A DNA stretch of 52,973 nucleotides from a virus (Duplodnaviria; Caudoviricetes): positions 1 to 52,973 of the IMG/VR virus record IMGVR_UViG_3300046777_001769; one strand, 5' to 3'. A model generated the notes under the pieces. That model was not told the DNA's origin, searched no databases, and was given only the letters and a program-made list of their open reading frames with translations. Positions 46,398-52,973 of this stretch are shown here, piece after piece (within the stretch, counting starts at the first letter, position 1; each line of letters opens with the position of its first letter). The translations under genes were made by a program, and so were the position numbers.

Positions 46398-47050
46398 ACC
46401 TCTATGCCATATTTCTCAGAGATTTCTTTATCAACTTCTTCTTTTGTCTTAAATCCTTTAACTCTCATCCAGGTAACAAGGCTATAACGATTACCTGAAA
46501 TTACTGGTTCTACCATATGTGTATACCATCTAGAAGATGGGAAGCATACAAGCAATCCTGGTTCTGGTTTAATCTTAATTCTTAAATCTGGGAAAGAAAA
46601 GTAACCACCCTCAAAATCATCGTTTAGAAATAAAACAGTAGACAAATCTCTGTCTATTGTTTTTTTCCATATCTTAGTTCCATCTGGATTTGTCCACAAA
46701 CCTTCTCCGTCATTGTGAGGTTTATAGTGTCCTCCTGGACTATAACAAAGTAATTGTGGTTCTTCACTATCTCTTACTTCAAATTTATAAAATGGATTGA
46801 TAACATTTTTTACAATGTTATCAAGTAAATCTTTGACTTGAGGGTAGACTGGAAGTAAATCAGCACACTCAACGTCTCTAACTGATTTATCTATTTTTGA
46901 TTCTCTTTGTCTTGTCTTATCACTTCTTTCGGCATCAAAAACAGACATTCTCTCCTTATGAGATTTTCTCATATAGTCTGTTAAAAACTTCAACCCTTCG
47001 GGGGTAACTACTTTTGGTTGAATTAAAACATTAGCAAGAATATCATTCAT
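46391..47050 (-). CDS. 2OG-Fe(II) oxygenase (prolyl-4-hydroxylase-like)
   Basis: PHND, LSTVLFLNDDFEGG.F.F, FPS..YTH.VEPV.SG.RYSLVTW. Confidence 0.9.
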   Translation of the reverse strand: MNDILANVLIQPKVVTPEGLKFLTDYMRKSHKERMSVFDAERSDKTRQRESKIDKSVRDVECADLLPVYPQVKDLLDNIVKNVINPFYKFEVRDSEEPQLLCYSPGGHYKPHNDGEGLWTNPDGTKIWKKTIDRDLSTVLFLNDDFEGGYFSFPDLRIKIKPEPGLLVCFPSSRWYTHMVEPVISGNRYSLVTWMRVKGFKTKEEVDKEISEKYGIEVY

Positions 47051-47077
47051 ATCAGATATTATTTGTATATTTGGTAT

Positions 47078-47752
47078 TTAGTTTGAGTTTGAGACTCCTG
47101 TTGAACTTGCCCTACTCGTTGGTAAACTGCCAATATTAGTTGAAGTTTCGTCAGAAAAATTAAGTCTATCAAGGTTAGCAACATTTCCACCTGGATTTGA
47201 ACCACCAGCAAAATACCCATTAAAACTACCAGAAATTGCCGAAAGACTTTGCCTTAGTATCAGTAAATTTTTTCCAGGGTTACTTACAGTTTCATTGGAG
47301 AAATCAAGTCTTGTAATTGTATTGAGAAAAACTAATGGAGGTGTATATCCACCACCAAAGTATCCATAAGAATTACTCGAAACTGCTGATAATCCAGTTC
47401 TTGATGTAGGTAAATCTTTTCCTGGATTACTTATATTTTCATTAGAGAAATCAAGTCTTGTAATTGTGTTAATAAATGGTGGAGAATATCCACCACCAAA
47501 GTATCCATAAGAACTACTTGAAACTGTTGCCGCACCATCTCTTACTGATGGTAAATTCTTTCCAGGAGCACTTACGGTTTCATTAGAGAAATCAAGTCTT
47601 GTAATTGTGCTAACCCGTGTTGGATTACCACCACCACCAAAATATCCATAAGTACCACTTTCGGGCCAACTTGCAAAGTTATTTGACTCTACGTTTGTTA
47701 CTTGTTTTTCATAAACAGAATTTAATCCAAAAGTGTCTCCTACAAAAGGCAT
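47078..47752 (-). CDS. Kelch-like repeat protein (4 repeats)
   Basis: Repeated YGYFGGG...TITRLDFSNETVSNPGKNLP..R. Confidence 0.85.
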   Translation of the reverse strand: MPFVGDTFGLNSVYEKQVTNVESNNFASWPESGTYGYFGGGGNPTRVSTITRLDFSNETVSAPGKNLPSVRDGAATVSSSSYGYFGGGYSPPFINTITRLDFSNENISNPGKDLPTSRTGLSAVSSNSYGYFGGGYTPPLVFLNTITRLDFSNETVSNPGKNLLILRQSLSAISGSFNGYFAGGSNPGGNVANLDRLNFSDETSTNIGSLPTSRASSTGVSNSN

Positions 47753-47757
47753 CGGAT

Positions 47758-48597
47758 TTACTCTACTTTAAGGTCTGGGTTGAATAATGACTCTGGAATT
47801 TGCTTTTGTGCTTGCTCTTCAACACCACGAAGAAGTTGTTGATCCATACCTGTAATTTCTTCAATACCAGAAGCAACTGCTTGCTGAAGACTATTTAAGA
47901 AATCAAGAGGATTATTTGGATCACCAAAACTTCTCTTAGTGCGATTTACGTCATCAGGTAATACTGTAGGAGCACTTGCACGACGCATAGAACGAATATT
48001 ACCAGCATTTACACCAGTTCTTGCAGCAAGCAAATCATCCAGAGATTGATTTGCAAGTCTGCGTTCCCAATAGTTTGGTTGGTCTTCGTTATATTGGTCT
48101 CTTGAAACCAACTTACCACCATTCAGTTCAATCAAACGATTAATCAGTTTATCAAAACATTCAAGTTCTTCAACTGCTGCTTTGAAACCACGATTGAGTC
48201 CTTCAAGCATACGATGGAAATGAAACTCGTCAATATCATACCAAGAAAGTTCTTCACCACCTTGACGTGTCTTCCACCAGATTGGTTGTGTCTTATCTTT
48301 TCCGTCCCACTTATAATGAAACTCTCTTGCTGCTCTTTTTGCTTCAATCACTTGCTGAAGAAGTCCTTCAGCTACACTTCTACGGTTAATGAGTGCCGCT
48401 TTAAATGCTGATGGGATTGTGAAGTTGTCGTGAATAATAAACTTCTCAATCTGAAAATCTGAACGACCTTGTGCAAGTTCTGTTTCACTTTCTTCCCAAC
48501 GAGTTGCCTCTTGAAGAACCTTCAACATAAACTCATTACTATCATCTAAAACTTCTTTAGATGTCGCAAGTGCAATTGCTTCATAATTGTTAGACAT
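47758..48597 (-). CDS. Hypothetical helical protein
   Basis: 279 aa; GRSDFQIEKFII, YWERRLA.Q, TGVNAGNI.SM. Confidence 0.8.
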   Translation of the reverse strand: MSNNYEAIALATSKEVLDDSNEFMLKVLQEATRWEESETELAQGRSDFQIEKFIIHDNFTIPSAFKAALINRRSVAEGLLQQVIEAKRAAREFHYKWDGKDKTQPIWWKTRQGGEELSWYDIDEFHFHRMLEGLNRGFKAAVEELECFDKLINRLIELNGGKLVSRDQYNEDQPNYWERRLANQSLDDLLAARTGVNAGNIRSMRRASAPTVLPDDVNRTKRSFGDPNNPLDFLNSLQQAVASGIEEITGMDQQLLRGVEEQAQKQIPESLFNPDLKVE

Positions 48598-48634
48598 ACT
48601 TATCCAAATCTATTAATAGTATTGTCTTTATTTA

Positions 48635-50338
48635 TTAAGAATACCTTTGAGTTACTGCAAGAGATAATCTTTCATCAGCAACTTCTTTTCCCCACTTCTT
48701 ACAAAAGTGTAAGTACAACTGTTCAGTTCTTCTATCTTTTTCTTCTGTGGTTTCGTGATCTAATGTTCTGTGGGAGAAGTGTAGAAGAAAGGACTTGGGA
48801 TTAAACTTCGTTTCAATACCAAGTTGTTCTGCTCTTAAAGTATAATCAATATCTTCTCCACCACCTAGTCCAAATTCCTCATCTAATAATCCGACCTTTG
48901 AACTGACTTCAAAAGGAACATAAAAACAATAAAAGGCTTTAATTAGATTTGCAGGAATGTCTTGCTTGTTAGATGTGATATGTTGGGATAACTCATTCAA
49001 TTGTTCTTCTTTACCATTAAACTCTTCAAGTTGCATTTCTGGTTTTAGTCCACCAACTTGTAGGTGTTGATTGCACAAAGGAACTGAAATACTATTAGGG
49101 TCACCAAGATTTTGGTTCCAGTTCTTTGTAAATGCAATATCATTATTCAGACCAACGAAATCAGCACCGTCCATAAGTGCTTGTTTAAGAATAAAGTTCA
49201 TATTCTCGGCAAATGACTTTGGTGATGAGTTTGAAATGATTGTTAAATTCTCATAGTCTTGAGTGAATGTTTTATCATTATCAATCAAGAAGAACTTATC
49301 TTGTTCTCTAAAAATACTATTTCTGAAGAATGTGTCTAAAGCAAGGTGAGTGTACTTTTCAGAACACTTCATATTCACCATACAATAATACTTTGGACGA
49401 CTTACTGTTTGTGATTGAATATCATTAATCAGTTTTTCCCATACTGCTGCAATTTTCTTCCAATCATAAGTTTCTTTTGTGATTTGTGAGAGTTCTTTTG
49501 TCGCAGCATAAAAAGTCTCTGGTTCCTTATCAAAGAAATCAAAGCATCTTGAAAGTTCTTGTGCAAACTCATTGATGAACTTAGGAGATGGATCCCAACC
49601 AACAGGAGTATTCTTTCCAGTCATTGGAATATACTTACCTCGATTAAAGGAAATCTCACTCAGTGCTCCTATATCACTTGTGATTGGATAGCAACCACAA
49701 ACCATAGCCTCCGCCAGAGACACGCAAAAGGTCTCCTCCCAGACGTTAGGGTGTACAAAGAATGCCGCATCCTGGATATGAGGTAACAGTGCTTCACGGT
49801 CAATACAAGGGGAGTATTCAACACCAGGAAGAGACTTCAGTTCTTCAATTGCTTCTAAGTGTTCTGGGATTTTAAAGTGCTGTTCGTATTGTTCTCCATA
49901 AAGATTATGAGAAGAAAATACTTTCAACTTTGCATCTGGATGATTTTTAATGACTTGTTTCCAGATTTTTGGAAGTGGTGCGATACCCTTATGTGGTCCA
50001 GAAAAGAAAATCGCAGTCTTTGATTTTGGTGTTTTGAGATTAAAAATATTCGCAACACCATTCGGAATGACTACAATCTTATCTGCTGGTGCTCGGTTGT
50101 ATTTGATATATTGTTCTGCTTCCCAGTTTGATACACAGACAATCTTATCAATCTGTGATACAAGTTCTGGAAGTCTTAAGAGTTGTGGTTGGTCACAATT
50201 GTCATGTGCCCAAAGAATTTTATGTTGCTTATCTGATTGTGCTAAAACTTCTATACTTCTTGAAACTTCAACATTATTTGGGAATTGATAATATTGATTA
50301 AGATAATAAAAAGAACTTTCAGTTGCTCCAGACTTCAT
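48635..50338 (-). CDS. Two-domain glycosyltransferase (GT4-like + GT2-like)
   Basis: GATE, VIPNG, EETFCVSLAEAMVCGCYPITSDIGAL (GT-B); LNND, VGLLDEEF..GGEDIDY.LR (GT-A). Confidence 0.9.
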   Translation of the reverse strand: MKSGATESSFYYLNQYYQFPNNVEVSRSIEVLAQSDKQHKILWAHDNCDQPQLLRLPELVSQIDKIVCVSNWEAEQYIKYNRAPADKIVVIPNGVANIFNLKTPKSKTAIFFSGPHKGIAPLPKIWKQVIKNHPDAKLKVFSSHNLYGEQYEQHFKIPEHLEAIEELKSLPGVEYSPCIDREALLPHIQDAAFFVHPNVWEETFCVSLAEAMVCGCYPITSDIGALSEISFNRGKYIPMTGKNTPVGWDPSPKFINEFAQELSRCFDFFDKEPETFYAATKELSQITKETYDWKKIAAVWEKLINDIQSQTVSRPKYYCMVNMKCSEKYTHLALDTFFRNSIFREQDKFFLIDNDKTFTQDYENLTIISNSSPKSFAENMNFILKQALMDGADFVGLNNDIAFTKNWNQNLGDPNSISVPLCNQHLQVGGLKPEMQLEEFNGKEEQLNELSQHITSNKQDIPANLIKAFYCFYVPFEVSSKVGLLDEEFGLGGGEDIDYTLRAEQLGIETKFNPKSFLLHFSHRTLDHETTEEKDRRTEQLYLHFCKKWGKEVADERLSLAVTQRYS

Positions 50339-50362
50339 ATCAAAATGATGTAGTTGTTTTAT

Positions 50363-52228
50363 TTAGTTTGAGTTTGAAACTGCTGCCATTCTACTTCTTG
50401 CCGAAGGTAAATTATTTCCAGGGTTACTTATTGTTTCACTGGAAAAATCAAGTCTTGATATTGTGCTTATGTAATTTGCGGCATTTGGTGGAGTAAGGAA
50501 ACCACCACCAAAATAACCATAAAAACTACTTGAAGTTCCGGATGAAGTCATGTTTGATGTTGGTAAATTTTTTCCTGGATTACTTACAGTTTCATTAGTA
50601 AAATCAATTCTTGATATTAGATTAGTAAAATTATCACCGCCACCAAAATATCCATAAGAATTACTTGAAGTTGTTCCCATTCTTCTTCTTTCTGATGGTA
50701 AAGTTTTTCCGGGATCACTTATTGTTTGATTTGAAAAATCAAGTCTTGTTACAGTACTATAAAGGTAAGGAGGATTGCCAGGAAACGCATATCCCCCACC
50801 AAAATACCCATAAGAATTGCTTGATACTACACCACAATCCCATCTTGATGGTGATATGGTATTTACGGGAAGACTTACATTTTCTGTTGAAAAATCAAGT
50901 CTTATAACTGTATTTGAACCATTACCAACAATATATCCATAAGAATTGCTTGAAGTGCCATCTATATCTCTCGTTGACCCTGGTAGTCTTTTTCCAGGGT
51001 CACTTATTGTTTGGTTTGAAAAATCAAGTCTTACTATATTTGATAAAGAAGGTGGAGTATTATTAAATCCACCGGCAAAATATCCATAAAAATTATTTGA
51101 TACTGCTCCTAACCTACATCTATTTGATGGAAAATTATTTCCGGGATTACTTACAGTTTCACTAGAGAAATCAAGTCTCAATATAGTAGAAAAGGATGTA
51201 GTTGGGTTATTGAATGGAGAACCAGAATCTGTACCACCACCAAAGTATCCATAAGTCTTAGCACCACGATAGACTGATGCTCCTCCTGAGGTTGCTGCCA
51301 CCGATCTTATGGTTACTGGTAAATTGTTTCCGGGATTACTTACTGATTCACTTGAAAAATCAAGTCTTGAAATAGTATTCATATTTCCAAATTGATCCGC
51401 ACCTCCACCAAAATATCCATAAGAATTGCTTGAGGTTGCTGCCAATCCATATCTTGCTGTAGGTAAATTTCTTCCTGGATTACTTACAGTTTCATTAGTG
51501 AAATCAAATCTTGTAATGGTATTAATCTCAAACGGAAATGTGTATCCACCACCAAAATAACCATAAGAAGTATTTGAGACTGCTGCAGAAGTTGATCTTG
51601 CCGTTGGTAAATTTTTTCCTGGATTACTTATTGTTTCATTAGAAAAATCAATTCGTGTAATTGTATTAATTGACGGTGGACCTCCGCCACCAAAATAACC
51701 ATAAGAACTGGTCGAAATTGTTGATATATAAGCTCTTGCTGATGGTAAATTTTTTCCAGGGTCACTTAAAGTTTCACTTGAAAAATCAAGTCTGCTGATA
51801 GTACTAAAATTAGAAGGAGTTGGAGTATTTCCACCACCAAAATATCCATATAAACTACTTGAGATTGCTCCCAATGCAAGTCTTGCTGTAGGTAAGTTTT
51901 TTCCAGGACCACTTACCGTTTCATTAGAAAAATCAATCCTTGAAATAGTATTAATACTCCCTAATGGTGTACTGCCACCGCCGTAGTACCCATATAAATT
52001 GTTTGAGACTGTTGCAGAAGTATGTATTGTATTAGGTAATTTATTTCCAGGGTCACTTGTAATTTCATTAAAAAAATCAAGTCTTATGAAGTTGGATGAA
52101 GTTGCACCTGGTAGCAATCCACCACCAAAGTATCCATAAGTGCTATATTCTGGCCAACTTGCAAAGTTATTATTTGCAATATTTTTTACTTGTTCCGACT
52201 TAACTTCTTTAAGTGAAAATATTGACAT
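50363..52228 (-). CDS. Kelch-like repeat protein (12 repeats, probable double beta-propeller)
   Basis: Twelve ~47-aa YGY-G units in two groups of six with a linker. Confidence 0.88.
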   Translation of the reverse strand: MSIFSLKEVKSEQVKNIANNNFASWPEYSTYGYFGGGLLPGATSSNFIRLDFFNEITSDPGNKLPNTIHTSATVSNNLYGYYGGGSTPLGSINTISRIDFSNETVSGPGKNLPTARLALGAISSSLYGYFGGGNTPTPSNFSTISRLDFSSETLSDPGKNLPSARAYISTISTSSYGYFGGGGPPSINTITRIDFSNETISNPGKNLPTARSTSAAVSNTSYGYFGGGYTFPFEINTITRFDFTNETVSNPGRNLPTARYGLAATSSNSYGYFGGGADQFGNMNTISRLDFSSESVSNPGNNLPVTIRSVAATSGGASVYRGAKTYGYFGGGTDSGSPFNNPTTSFSTILRLDFSSETVSNPGNNFPSNRCRLGAVSNNFYGYFAGGFNNTPPSLSNIVRLDFSNQTISDPGKRLPGSTRDIDGTSSNSYGYIVGNGSNTVIRLDFSTENVSLPVNTISPSRWDCGVVSSNSYGYFGGGYAFPGNPPYLYSTVTRLDFSNQTISDPGKTLPSERRRMGTTSSNSYGYFGGGDNFTNLISRIDFTNETVSNPGKNLPTSNMTSSGTSSSFYGYFGGGFLTPPNAANYISTISRLDFSSETISNPGNNLPSARSRMAAVSNSN

Positions 52229-52973
52229 CTACAATCCGAAGATAGAATAACTTTGAGTTCTCTTTTTCCAGAACTCCATATGATTATATTTATTGATTAC
52301 ATACTCACTTAAGAACTTTGTGTTATCACGATGTATTTTTTCAACCTTATTTCTCACAGTATGCATATTTTCTAAACGATAAACCTCATCATTCTCATCA
52401 CACTTTGGTTTTACATTTTCAAAACTATGAGTAAATCTTGGAAGTTCTAAGAAGTCATAAATGCGATTAAGTTCTTGTTGAGGATTATTTACTAAATCGT
52501 CATATTCAACTAATAGCAAATACTTATCATTACCCTTACGAAATGCTTCTGAAAGTGCATAATACGATTGACCAATAATACCCTGTGGAGACATTAAGTA
52601 ATCTGCACGATTATCGTTATTAATCTCCATACCATTAGCAATAAGTGCTTCGTCAATAAAAGAAGTTGTTTTTGAATGATAAACAAGGTTTAGAAATGAA
52701 GAGATAATATCTTGAATATCTCTTACTGGACATATAATCTTTGGTTCTTTTGTAATATAATCTTGAATGTGTTGGATTTGATTAACCCAACCTCTAGATT
52801 TATCAATAATGATATTTTGTTGGGTGTTAAAATAATAGTTTTCTGGAATGGAAGATAGGACTTTATGTGCTCCTTCTGGATTTGGTGTTGCTTTATATTG
52901 TTCTGATTGATATAAAAGATATTCTTCTGTGTAATGTATTGTATCTAAAAGTGGAGAATTTGTGGATGCGTGT
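52229..52973 (-). CDS. Sulfotransferase family protein, 5' end outside the window
   Basis: Frame open to the window end: HASTNSPLLD...IIDKSRGW...PKIICPVRDIQDIISSF...LVEYDDLV.NP...L.RIYDFL. Confidence 0.8.
   Translation of the reverse strand, partial: HASTNSPLLDTIHYTEEYLLYQSEQYKATPNPEGAHKVLSSIPENYYFNTQQNIIIDKSRGWVNQIQHIQDYITKEPKIICPVRDIQDIISSFLNLVYHSKTTSFIDEALIANGMEINNDNRADYLMSPQGIIGQSYYALSEAFRKGNDKYLLLVEYDDLVNNPQQELNRIYDFLELPRFTHSFENVKPKCDENDEVYRLENMHTVRNKVEKIHRDNTKFLSEYVINKYNHMEFWKKRTQSYSIFGL

Noticed and set aside
47078-52228. Diversity-generating retroelement TR/VR pair
   Set aside because: No reverse transcriptase seen and the differences are not adenine-specific; these are ordinary coding repeats.
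1-52973. tRNA genes, rRNA genes or genetic code reassignment
   Set aside because: No cloverleaf or rRNA-like sequence recognised by eye (tRNAscan would be decisive); long genes translate intact with the standard code.

Overview
A 53-kb segment of a T4-like myovirus genome, most likely a cyanophage (inferred from gene families and promoter types). Nearly all genes are on the minus strand. Left (1-11.7 kb): late baseplate genes (a >2300-aa gp7/VrlC-like ORF running off the window and missing from the ORF track, gp6, gp25) and a GT-A-like protein. At 11.8-13.6 kb is a gene-poor junction with outward-facing promoters. 12.8-29.6 kb is an array of small genes punctuated by 16 copies of a 37-bp direct repeat that often abuts or contains the neighbouring stop and start codons; cargo includes an adenine methyltransferase plus PD-(D/E)XK nuclease pair and an SF2 helicase. 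29.6-44.4 kb holds many small hypothetical genes, an HNH nuclease, RlpA and two GIY-YIG nucleases, each preceded by the same promoter / small-RNA / terminator / promoter architecture in which the small RNA is antisense to the nuclease leader. Right (44.4-53 kb): four 2OG-Fe(II) oxygenases, two Kelch-like repeat proteins, a double glycosyltransferase and a sulfotransferase. No tRNA, rRNA, CRISPR-Cas or integrase was recognised. Some very short ORFs are not listed. All family calls are by-eye motif recognition, not database searches.
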